Shown here: positions 1-9,246 of the stretch, piece after piece
Layout: the number at the start of each line of letters is the position of its first letter
Numbering within the stretch: position 1 is the stretch's first letter
From: an uncultured Gemmatimonadaceae bacterium
GTDB taxonomy: Bacteria; Gemmatimonadota; Gemmatimonadetes; Gemmatimonadales; Gemmatimonadaceae
DNA: 64,000 nucleotides
Assembly: GCA_963761305.1 (NCBI GenBank)
Contig: CAVXGK010000002.1
Coordinates: forward strand, 2,016,001-2,080,000
Direction of reading: 5' to 3'
Program-made: the position numbers and the translations under genes
Notes under the pieces: generated by a model
What the model was told of the DNA's origin: nothing
What the model saw: the letters and a program-made list of their open reading frames with translations, nothing else
The model's database searches: none

Positions 1-913
1 CGCACCCACAATGTTCTCGAGCGCCATGTAGACGATCGACGCCGCGATCAGCACCTCGATGAGCGGCGGGAACCAGAGCGCGTCGGGCGCGAACCCCGCC
101 GCCGACGCGATGAGGGTGATCGAGTGCGCCACGGTGAAAGCCGTCACGATCGCGATCGAGCGGCCGAATGCGACGGAACGGAATCACGAGGCACAGCAGG
201 AACAGCAGGTGGTCGATGCCGGTCAGAATGTGCTCGAAGCCGAGCTTCACGAAGCTCAGCGCCGCCTGGCCCCAACGCGGGTCGAGGTGCACCAAGCCAG
301 GATCGCCCAGATACTCAAAATCCCGCTCGCCGCCGCTAATCGGCAGAAATCGCAGCACGGTCGTCGTGCGCACGGCGAGCCGGGCGAGCCCGGGGTCGAT
401 CGAGAACCGCGAGCTGTCGGACGCGATGGGATAGTCGAGCACGACGTCGAGCATCGCTTGCTTCCACGGCAGTTGGGTCGCGGTGTCCATCGGCGCCGAG
501 CTGGCGTGGGCAACGGCGCTGTCGAAGCTCGTGAACGAACGGTCCGAGGGCAGTGACACGCGCGCCGCGACGACCTTCGCGTCGCCCAGCGGTGCGTCGT
601 TCTCGTAGAGATGCAGGTCGCCCGCCAGCCAGACGCGCGCGGCGTCCTTGAGCAGCGGCGTCGACCGACCGATGTCGAGGTAGCCCGGTCCAACCAGCGG
701 AAAGTTGACGTCGCGCATCGCCTCGAGCGGCGCGCGGATCACGACGCGAAGATTCCGCCCGGCCGGCTTGATGAACACGAACACCCGCACGCTCGACGGG
801 ATGTCGTGGGCGAAGTCCTCACTCGGCAGCGCGATCAGGAGCGTCGACGCGAAAACCGCGGCTAAAACCGCGCGCGCACCTGGACGTACAGGACTCCGAC
901 CCCGTAGAATCAC
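1..913 (-). CDS. HupE/UreJ-family membrane protein (3' end outside window; apparent +1 frameshift near 157)
   Basis: Manual minus-strand translation: signal-like N-terminus ..LLIALPSEDFAHDIPSS.., then GIDHLLFLLCLVIPF and, after removing one base, VTAFTVAHSITL..FPPLIEVLIAASIVYMALENI, the typical HupE/UreJ motifs. GTG start at 913 is tentative. Confidence 0.8.
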   Translation of the reverse strand, partial: MILRGRSPVRPGARAVLAAVFASTLLIALPSEDFAHDIPSSVRVFVFIKPAGRNLRVVIRAPLEAMRDVNFPLVGPGYLDIGRSTPLLKDAARVWLAGDLHLYENDAPLGDAKVVAARVSLPSDRSFTSFDSAVAHASSAPMDTATQLPWKQAMLDVVLDYPIASDSSRFSIDPGLARLAVRTTTVLRFLPISGGERDFEYLGDPGLVHLDPRWGQAALSFVKLGFEHILTGIDHLLFLLCLVIPFRRIRPLDRDRDGFHRGALDHPHRVGGGVRARRALVPAAHRGADRGVDRLHGAREHCGC

Positions 914-1000
914 GCAACTCGCTCCATGGACGCACGAGTATATAGCGCGTGCATGGACGTTGGAACGGCGGTCCGGTCCGAGTCGAGTCGAGGAGATGGC

Positions 1001-2341
1001 ATGAACCGAGGTATTACGCTGTTCGGCGCCTCGCTGTTGTTGTCGAGCGGAGTGCTCGCGGCGCAAACGACGTCTCGCCAGGCGGCGGCCAAACCGGCGG
1101 CCAACCAGGCGCCGAAGTTCGAGGTCGATCCGATGTGGCCAAAACCGCTCGCGAACCGGTGGATCCTCGGATCCTCGACCGGCGTCGCGGTCGACGCGCG
1201 CGACCACGTGTACATGGTCCACATGACCGACACGTTCACGCCGCGCACGGAGATCGGCTTAGCAACGAACCCGCCGACCGGTGAGTGCTGCGCGCCGGCG
1301 CCCAACGTGCTCGAATACGACGCGGCCGGAAACCTCGTCAACCATTGGGGCGGCCCGGGCGCCGGCTACGACTGGCCGGCGCAGAACACCGGGCTCGCCG
1401 TGGACGACAGCGGCAACGTCTGGATCGGCGGCGCGGGCGGACAGGATTCGAGAATTCTCAAGTTCTCGCGCGACGGCAAGTTCATCGCGCAATTCGGCAA
1501 GGCGCCCGCCGTCGCCGCGGCCGCCCCTCCCGCGGGCGGTGCCGGCCGCGGTCCGGATACGGCGTACGCCGGTGTGTCGCCGGGTCGCGGCGCGGCGGGT
1601 CGGGGCGCCGCTGGCGGCCGAGGTGGGCGCGGGGGACGCGGCGGTGGGCCGCCGCCGCTGCCCGCCAACAGCACGAGCATGGACAGCTTCGGCGGCGCCG
1701 GTGGGCTTCTCGTTCGACACAAAGGCCAACGAAGCCTTCGTCGCCGACGGCGCCCGCAATCATCGCGTGGCCGTGATCGACATGACGACGGGCGCGATCA
1801 AGCGCTTCTGGGGCGCGTACGGCAAGCCGCCGAACGACGCCGACTCGGCGAAGTACGAGCCCGGCGGCCCGGCGCCGAAGCAGTTCGGCAGCCCGGTGCT
1901 CTGCGCCAAGCTCTCGAACGACGGCCTCGTCTACGTGTGCGACACGCAGAACGATCGCATCCAGGTGTTCAAGAAGGACGGATCGTTCGTGAAGGAGAAA
2001 GTCATCGCACCGAACACTCGAGGCGACGGTTCCGTGTGGGACGTCGCGTTCTCGCGCGACCCGAGGCAGCGATTCCTCTACGTCGCCGACGGCTCGAACA
2101 TGAAGGTCCACATCCTCGACCGTGAGTCGCTCGACGAGCTGACGAGCGTTCGGCGACGGCGGCAGGCAGCCCGGCCAGTTCTACGCCGTGCACAGCGTCG
2201 CGACCGACTCCAAGGGCAACCTCTACACCGTCGAGACGTACGAGGGCAAACGCATCCAAAAGTTCAACATACCACGGACTCCAAGCCGTGAAATCGACGA
2301 GCGAAGGCGTGCTCTGGCCGTCGGCCGGGAGCAAGAAGTGA
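1001..2341 (+). CDS. Secreted NHL-repeat beta-propeller protein (PAL-like), broken by three +1 insertions (~1697, ~2148, ~2267)
   Basis: AGGAG RBS and ATG at 1001, signal peptide, FEVDPMWPKPL, VYVCDTQNDRIQVF, HSVATDSKGNLYTVE. The pieces lie in ORFs 926..2125, 1281..2291 and 2188.. and join into a full paralog of the next gene. Confidence 0.8.
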
Positions 2342-3553
2342 AGCCGCGCACGAAGGTCGCCGCCGGCGCGCTGCTCGTCGCGGCGTTCGCCGCGTTCGGC
2401 GTCGGACAACGCGCGCTCGACGCGTCGGCGCGTGCGTCGATGGTGCAAGCGCCGCGCTTCGAGGTCGATCCGCTCTGGCCCAAGCCGCTGCCCAACCACT
2501 GGGTGCTCGGCAACGTCATCGGCGTGGGCGTGGACGCGCACGATCACGTGTTCATCGTGCACCGCAACGACACGTTCGACGCGCGCAACGAGATCGGCGC
2601 GGCGCAGAAGCCGCCGCTCAGCGAGTGCTGCGTGCCGGCGCCGCCGGTGCTGGAGTTCGATCCGGCCGGCAATCTCGTGAAGGCGTGGGGCGGTCCCGAG
2701 CCGGGACACGACTGGCCCGAGTCGAACCACGGCATCTCGATCGACAACAAGAACAACGTGTGGATCGGCGGCAACGGCACGTGCGCGGGTCCGGGATCGG
2801 CCGACTGCCCCCAAGGCACGATCGATTCGTTCATCCTCAAGTTCACGCACGACGGCAAGTTCCTGATGGAGATCGGCAAGCCGCACGAGACGGTGAACAG
2901 CAACAGCAACGGAGCACTTCGGCCGCGTCGCCAAGATCTCCTTCGACCTGAAGGCCAACGAAGCGTTCGTCGCCGACGGCTACGGCAACAAACGCGTCGC
3001 CGTGCTCGACATGGACAACGGCGCGATCAAGCGGTTCTGGGGCGCGTACGGCCACGTGCCATCGGACTCGAATCTCGGACCCTACGACCCCGACGCGCCG
3101 CTCGCGCAGCAGTTCAGAAATCCCGTGCACTGCGCCGAGCCGACGCCGGACGGTCTGGTGTACGTGTGCGACCGCGTGAACGACCGCATTCAGGTGTTCA
3201 AGAAGAACGGCGAGTTCGTCAAGGAGAAAATCATCAAGCCGCAGACGAAGGGCGACGGCTCGGTGTGGGACATCGCGTTCTCGCGCGACCCGCAGCAGAA
3301 ATACATCTTCCTCGCCGACGGCAAGAACGAGCGCGTGTACGTGATGGACCGCCAGTCGCTGGAGATCATCACCCAGTTCGGCGATGGCGGCCGGCAGCCC
3401 GGCGAGTTCTTCGCCGTGCACAGCATCGCCACCGATTCCAAGGGCAACATCTACACGACCGAGACGTACGAGGGCAAGCGCATTCAGAAGTTCGTATATA
3501 AAGGAATGGCGGCCGTCGACACGAATCAGGGCGTCGTCTGGCCGAAGCGATAA
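2338..3553 (+). CDS. Secreted NHL-repeat beta-propeller protein, paralog of the preceding gene; +1 frameshift near 2910
   Basis: GTG overlaps the upstream TGA (GTGA); FEVDPLWPKPL, VYVCDRVNDRIQVF, HSIATDSKGNIYTTE; ORFs 2188..3501 and 3002..3553 join. Confidence 0.8.
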
Positions 3554-3587
3554 CCGCATCCTCCACCCACCCACATCAGGACATCCC

Positions 3588-4199
3588 GTGCGATTCACTT
3601 CGTTGATCCTCCTCGGCGCCCCACTGGGCGCGATGCTCGCCCAAAGCGCGCCCGCGCAGTCAGGTTCGCCGGCGTTGACCGCCGTCGCGATGACCGAAGC
3701 GCAGCAGATCGCCGCCGCGGTGCTCCCGCTTCCCGCCGAGGCGCGCGGTGAGGCGAAGGTGATGGGCTACAAGAACGGAAGCCCGAAGCTCGTCACGTTG
3801 CGTGAAGGAAAGACGTTCACGTGCTTTCTCCCCGAGGCGGCCGGCAAGAGCTTTCACGCCGCGTGCTACCATCAGTCGCTCGAGCCCTTCATGGCCCGCG
3901 GGCGCGAGTTGCGCGCGAGCGGCGTGAAGGACGACAAGGTCGACACCGTTCGCTTCGCCGAGGTGAAGTCCGGCAAGCTCGCGATGCCGAAGCAGCCGGC
4001 GACGATGTACCAGCTCTTCGGCGGCGCCTTCGATCCGGCGACGAACGCGGCGCCCGGCTCCAAGGCGCTGATCGTCGTCTACATCTCCGGCGCGACCGGC
4101 GCCTCGACGGGCCTCCCGGAGAAGCCGTCGGACAACGGGATGTGGATCATGTACCCCGGCACGCCGAAGGCGCACATCATGCTCACGCCCAAGATGTAG
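3588..4199 (+). CDS. Hypothetical secreted protein
   Basis: GTG after AGGA; signal-like RFTSLILLGAPLGAMLAQ; protein-like composition ending WIMYPGTPKAHIM. Confidence 0.7.
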   Translation: MRFTSLILLGAPLGAMLAQSAPAQSGSPALTAVAMTEAQQIAAAVLPLPAEARGEAKVMGYKNGSPKLVTLREGKTFTCFLPEAAGKSFHAACYHQSLEPFMARGRELRASGVKDDKVDTVRFAEVKSGKLAMPKQPATMYQLFGGAFDPATNAAPGSKALIVVYISGATGASTGLPEKPSDNGMWIMYPGTPKAHIMLTPKM

Positions 4200-4218
4200 C
4201 GGGCGCCGAGTCCCACCG

Positions 4219-4644
4219 ATGACGCCCCCAACGGTTGGTCAGCGCGCGAGCCGCTCGCTGACACTCTCCGGCAAGCACGTCGAGATCTTCGCCGAACTGA
4301 CCGGCGATTACAATCCGCTCCACTTCGATCCCGGCTTCGCCGAGCGAACGCGCTTCGGCGCGCTCGTGGTGCAGGGCGGGCTCACCACGGGGCTGCTGCA
4401 CGCGCTCGTGGCGATGGATCTGCCCGGGCCCGGGTCGGTGTTTCTGAGCCAGAACTGGAAGTTCACCGCGCCGGTGTTCATTGGGGATACGATCACCGCG
4501 CACGCCGAAGTGTTGAGCGTCCACGCGACCAAGCCGGTGACACAGCTGCGGTGCCAGATCACGCGGCAAACCGGCGAGACGGTGCTCGAGGGCGAGGCGT
4601 GGTGCTATACCATGGCGGCGGACGGAGGGGCGACGTCGGCTTGA
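4219..4644 (+). CDS. MaoC-family (hotdog fold) dehydratase
   Basis: FAELTGDYNPLHFD and LPGPG..FTAPVFIGDT motifs. Confidence 0.9.
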   Translation: MTPPTVGQRASRSLTLSGKHVEIFAELTGDYNPLHFDPGFAERTRFGALVVQGGLTTGLLHALVAMDLPGPGSVFLSQNWKFTAPVFIGDTITAHAEVLSVHATKPVTQLRCQITRQTGETVLEGEAWCYTMAADGGATSA

Positions 4645-4718
4645 CGGCTTGACGGCCTGACAGCTCGGCAGCCGTGCGCGGGCTTGCGGTCCTCTCCTCG
4701 AAGGCGGATGATAAGCTG

Positions 4719-6260
4719 ATGCGCTCGCTTCTCAGCCTGTTCGCGCTCGCTTTCCTCGCGACATCGGCGGTCGCGCAGACCACGGTCGTCAGCGGTACGC
4801 GTCCGGCGCGCCTCATCATCCGCAACGCCACCGTCGTCGACGGCAACGGCACTCCCGCCAAGGGTCCGTTCGACATCGTCGTCGAAGGCAACACGATCAC
4901 CCAAGTCGTCGCCCTCGACGCGGTGTCGCTCGGGCGCGGCGGCGCGGGACGTCGCCCGCGCGCCGAGGCCGGCACGGCGGAGATCGACGCGACGGGCAAG
5001 TACGTTCTGCCCGGGCTGATCAACGTGCACGCGCACATGCAGGACGAGCGCGGCGGCACGCCCCAGCCCATCGAATACGAATTCAAGATCTGGCTCGCCT
5101 GCGGGATCACGGCCATCCGCGACGTCGGCAGCGATACCCGCAAGGCGCTCGCCTGGCGCGACGCCAGCGCCAAAGGCACGCTCGAGGCGCCACGCATCTT
5201 CGTCTATCCGCAATTCGGCCGGCCCACCAACCCTGACTCGGCGCGCGCCCGCGTGCGCGCGCTCAAGGCAATGGGTGCGGACGGCATCAAGATCCTCGGC
5301 ATCGACCGCGACATCATGCAGGTGATGGAAGAGGAGGCGCACAAGGAAGGACTGCGCATCGCGCACCACGTGGGCGTCGAGGAGACGAACGCCTGGGACG
5401 ACATTCACTTCGGCACGACGAGCATCGAGCACTGGTACGGCATCCCGGACGCCGCGATTCCCGACGGCGTGCAGAATTTCCCGTCGTACTACAACTACAA
5501 CAACGAGACGGACCGCTTCCGCTGGGCGGGCCACCTCTGGCGCGAAGCCGATCCGGCGCGCCTACAGATGGTGCTCGACTCGATGATCGCGCACCACGTG
5601 GCGTGGGTGCCGACGCTCGACATCTATGAAGCGTCGAGGGACCTGCAGCGAGCGCAGACGCAGCCCTGGTTCGCCGACTATCTGCACCCGACGCTCGCCG
5701 ACTACTTCAAGCCCGATCCCGCGAATCACGGATCCTATTTCTTCGGGTGGACGTCCACCGACGAGACGTTCTGGAAAGAGAATTATCGAATCTGGATGAG
5801 CGCCGTACGCGACTTCGAGCGGAAAGGCGGCCTCGTGGGCGCCGGTGACGACGCGGGCTTCATCTATCAGATGTATGGCTTCGGGTTGCTTAGGGAGCTC
5901 GAGCTGCACCAGGAGGCCGGGTTCAATACGATCAAAGTCATCCAGCACGCCACCTTCAACAACGCCCGCATCCTCGGCAAAGAGACCGAAATCGGCCGGG
6001 TGCGCCAGGGATTCAAGGCGGACCTGATCGTGGTGAACGGCAATCCGTTGGAGAACCTGAAAGTGCTCTACCCGACGGGCGTCGACGACATCAAGAACGG
6101 CAAACCGGTGCACACCGGCGGCGTCGAGTGGACGATCAAGGACGGCATTCCCTACCATGGACCGACGCTCATGGCCGAGGTGAAGCAGATGGTCGCCAAG
6201 GCTCGGGCGGAGCGCGGAACGAAGGCCGATCGAACGAGCAAGAGTGAACCAAATCGCTGA
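4719..6260 (+). CDS. Secreted amidohydrolase-family protein
   Basis: Signal peptide; IDATGKYVLPGLINVHAH metal-binding motif; C-terminal ADLIVVNGNPL. Confidence 0.88.
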   Translation: MRSLLSLFALAFLATSAVAQTTVVSGTRPARLIIRNATVVDGNGTPAKGPFDIVVEGNTITQVVALDAVSLGRGGAGRRPRAEAGTAEIDATGKYVLPGLINVHAHMQDERGGTPQPIEYEFKIWLACGITAIRDVGSDTRKALAWRDASAKGTLEAPRIFVYPQFGRPTNPDSARARVRALKAMGADGIKILGIDRDIMQVMEEEAHKEGLRIAHHVGVEETNAWDDIHFGTTSIEHWYGIPDAAIPDGVQNFPSYYNYNNETDRFRWAGHLWREADPARLQMVLDSMIAHHVAWVPTLDIYEASRDLQRAQTQPWFADYLHPTLADYFKPDPANHGSYFFGWTSTDETFWKENYRIWMSAVRDFERKGGLVGAGDDAGFIYQMYGFGLLRELELHQEAGFNTIKVIQHATFNNARILGKETEIGRVRQGFKADLIVVNGNPLENLKVLYPTGVDDIKNGKPVHTGGVEWTIKDGIPYHGPTLMAEVKQMVAKARAERGTKADRTSKSEPNR

Positions 6261-7497
6261 CGCCGTCGCGTCCCGGTGGCACAGCCGCTGGGAGCGGGAG
6301 GAGGAGACCGACACGCCGGTGCCCACCGGCGCTGGCGTGAGTGGATGGACGGGCCTCACCCTCGGAATCGTCGCCCTGTTTACGTCGGCGTGGATCTTCC
6401 TTCCGCCGCCGAACTACTTCTTTCTTCGCTTCGCGGTCGGCGCGCCGGAGCTGTGCGGATGGATCGGCGTGCTGGCAATCGTCGCCATCGGGCTGGCGAT
6501 GCGGAATTCGACGCGATCGAGGACGTCGAAGGTCGCCATCGTCGTCGGACTCGTCGCACTCGCCATGGCGGAGAGCGTGTTCTTCCGGCTGGGCGCGACG
6601 ATCCGCGATCTGAACGCCCAGGGCGGCGTGATGCTTCGCGAGCCGGCGAATCCACTGCGCACCGTGCCGGTGAGCGTCGTCGATCTCTTCCGCGGCATCG
6701 ACGTTCCTGACGCGCGGATCACGCGCGGGCTGGTGTTCGGCGCGCCCGACGGTCACCCACTCACGGTCGACGTCTACCGTCCGCAGACGCCGGGTCGGTT
6801 CCCCGTCGTGGTGCAGCTGTACGGCGGATCCTGGCGGAGCGGCGAGCCCGGCGAGCATTCGGACTTCGCGGAATGGCTGGCCGGGGCCGGATACGTCGTC
6901 TTCGCGATCGACTACCGCCACGCGCCGCAATACCGCTGGCCCCTCCAGCTCGACGACATCGATTCGGCGCTCGCCTGGATCAACGCGCACGCCAACGAAT
7001 ACGAGGCCGACACAAACCGCATCGTTCTATTAGGCCGCTCGGCCGGCGCGCACCTGGCGATGATGGCGGCCTACGAGAAACCGCGCCCGGGCATTCGCGG
7101 CGTGATCAGCCTCTACGGACCGATCGATCTGGCCGAAGCGTATCGAAATCCGCCGCGCCCCGATCCGCTCCACATTCGCCCGATCGAGGAAGGATTCATC
7201 GGCGGACCGCCGAACAAATTCCCGCAGGCCTACGCCGATGCCTCACCGATGTCGTACGCGACGGCCGACCGCGGACGCTCCCTGCCGCCGACGCTGTTGA
7301 TCTACGGTGGGCGCGACAATGTGGTCGAGCCGAAGTACGCGCGGCTGTTCGCGGAAAGGCTGAACGAGTCCGGGACGTCGGCGGGCTACCTGGAGATTCC
7401 GTGGGCGGAGCATGCGTTCGACGAGGTGTTCAGCGGGGTGAGCTCGCAGTTGAGTTTGTACTACACAGAGAGGTTTTTGGCGTGGGCGGATCGGTGA
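6244..7497 (+). CDS. Membrane-anchored alpha/beta hydrolase (esterase/lipase)
   Basis: N-terminal TM helices; YGGSW oxyanion region, IDYR, GRSAG nucleophile elbow, AEHAFD catalytic His. Confidence 0.85.
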   Translation: MNQIADAVASRWHSRWEREEETDTPVPTGAGVSGWTGLTLGIVALFTSAWIFLPPPNYFFLRFAVGAPELCGWIGVLAIVAIGLAMRNSTRSRTSKVAIVVGLVALAMAESVFFRLGATIRDLNAQGGVMLREPANPLRTVPVSVVDLFRGIDVPDARITRGLVFGAPDGHPLTVDVYRPQTPGRFPVVVQLYGGSWRSGEPGEHSDFAEWLAGAGYVVFAIDYRHAPQYRWPLQLDDIDSALAWINAHANEYEADTNRIVLLGRSAGAHLAMMAAYEKPRPGIRGVISLYGPIDLAEAYRNPPRPDPLHIRPIEEGFIGGPPNKFPQAYADASPMSYATADRGRSLPPTLLIYGGRDNVVEPKYARLFAERLNESGTSAGYLEIPWAEHAFDEVFSGVSSQLSLYYTERFLAWADR

Positions 7498-7593
7498 CCC
7501 GCCAGCTGGCTGACTGAGCCCTTCGCCCCCGCGTGGAAACGGCTCGCCCCCGCGCGCTTTACCGGTGCCGCGACTCGCGCCAAGCTCAACGCC

Positions 7594-8076
7594 ATGCCAA
7601 TCCTCGGTGTCGCCCTCCTCGTCGCCGTCCTCGACGGCGCCTTTGCCGTCCTGTACTACGTCAACGTCCTCGGCGCAGCAGCGTTTCGCCGAGTGTGGCA
7701 GAGTGTTGCGTCGGGGTGGATGGGGAAGGCGTCGTTTGATGGCGGGGCGGCGACGGTGTCGCTCGGGTTGGCGACGCACTTGCTCGTCGCGCTGATCTGG
7801 ACCCTCATCTACACGTTCGTCGTCCAGCGGATCGCGATCGTCGAACGGCTCGTCAAGACTCCGCGTGGCCGCGTCCTCGTGGGCGTGGCGTTCGGCGCCT
7901 TCATTTGGCTGTTCATGAACTTTGCTGTCGTACCGCTCTCTCAGGCGCACCAGTCATCGCCCGCGACGTGGCGATTCTGGGGAATGTTGGCGTGGCACAT
8001 GATCGGCGTCGGACCGCCGCTGGTGTGGTTCACGCGTCCGGTGCGGGCAACCGCAGCGCTAGCCGCGGTGCCGTGA
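7594..8076 (+). CDS. Hypothetical 4-TM membrane protein
   Basis: Four hydrophobic segments, with His residues in TM2 and TM4. Confidence 0.7.
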   Translation: MPILGVALLVAVLDGAFAVLYYVNVLGAAAFRRVWQSVASGWMGKASFDGGAATVSLGLATHLLVALIWTLIYTFVVQRIAIVERLVKTPRGRVLVGVAFGAFIWLFMNFAVVPLSQAHQSSPATWRFWGMLAWHMIGVGPPLVWFTRPVRATAALAAVP

Positions 8077-8183
8077 GTATCGCGACCATTCTTCCTTCCG
8101 TCGTCGTCCGGCGATTCCGTCAGATTAGCGACTCCAGGTGAAGGTGGGGTGTGTGGGCAACGCCGGCCGGCTTCGGCGGACTT

Positions 8184-8382
8184 CGCCCCCTACTAATAGA
8201 AGTGGGGGCCGACGCGATTTTACTACCGCAACGAAACGTTGCAGCGCGTGAAAACGCTCATTTGCGCGGCATAATAGCCGACGAGCGTCATGCGAGCGTC
8301 ATGCGCACGCCGGGGCGGCGTCGCCTGGAGAGGACATGTGGTAGTAAATCGCGGTTGGCTCCCACTTACTAAGTAGGGGGCG
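8184..8382. repeat. Long imperfect inverted repeat (arms ~46 nt: 8184-8230 and 8337-8382)
   Basis: CGCCCCCTACTAATAGAAGTGGGGGCCGACGCGATTTTACTACCGCA pairs with TGTGGTAGTAAATCGCGGTTGGCTCCCACTTACTAAGTAGGGGGCG. Confidence 0.85.
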
Positions 8383-8580
8383 CGAGGAACGCGGTGGCGT
8401 TGCAGCGATCCCTGAACCCGTTCGCCCACATGCCCATTCATCCGCGAACGATGCACGCGAAGTCGCTCCCTCCGGGCATGAAGTCGCGCTCAGCGCGATT
8501 CAAGTTCGGCGCAGCCGAGAGCAACTCGCGTGCAGCCGCCTTTTCGCGTGAAGCGTCGCGGATCACTCACGCTCGGTCCC

Positions 8581-8770
8581 AGATTCACTCAGCTCCGTCC
8601 GAGATTCACTCAGCTCTGTCCGAGACTCACTCAGCTCCGTCCGAGATTTCACTCAGCTCCGTCCGAGATTCACTCAGCTCCGTCCAAGATTCACCCAGCT
8701 CCGTCCGAGATTTCGCTCAGCTCCGCCGGGATTAACTCGGCTGCGGCCGAGATTCACTCGCCTCCGTCCA
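8581..8770. repeat. Tandem array of 9 x ~21-nt units, consensus AGATTCACTCAGCTCCGTCCG
   Basis: Counted directly; one unit is 22 nt. Confidence 0.92.
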
Positions 8771-8870
8771 ATAGTCTCTCTGCTTCTGCCGAGAGTTAGT
8801 TGGCATGATCCCGCGATCGCCTCGCACGATCCCGCGCTCAGCCTCCGCCGGACCGCGTCACGAAAGCCGC

Positions 8871-9038
8871 GGACCGGATGAAGTCGCGCCCGGAACAGAT
8901 GAAGTCGCCTCCGGACCCGATGAAATCCTGTCCGGACCACATCAAATCGCTTCCGGACCAAATGAAGTCGCCTCCGGACCAGATGAAGTCGCGTCCGGAC
9001 CGCATCAAGTCGCGGCCGGGCCGTATGAAATCGCGTAA
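8871..9038. repeat. Tandem array of 8 x 21-nt units, consensus GGACCAGATGAAGTCGCSTCC
   Basis: Counted directly; no indels. Confidence 0.92.
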
Positions 9039-9246
9039 GGCCCGCGCGAAGCTCGCTCGAGCCGACGCGCACTCAACGACGGCCGCCGCTGAGTCGCGAC
9101 GCGACGACTCGTAGGACGCTTCAAACGAAGCTTTGATCGCTGAGTCCCGCTTCGAGTCGCCTTCGGCCCGACTGACTCCTGTCACATCCGCCCTCTCCCG
9201 GACCGAAGACTCCGTTCCGTTCAGCGCGGACCGACGCTCAGCGACA

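Noticed and set aside
1690..2915. Programmed ribosomal frameshifting in the NHL genes
   Set aside because: No slippery sequences; several independent +1 events fit sequencing error better.
8581..9038. CRISPR array
   Set aside because: Units are contiguous with no unique spacers, and there are no cas genes in the window.
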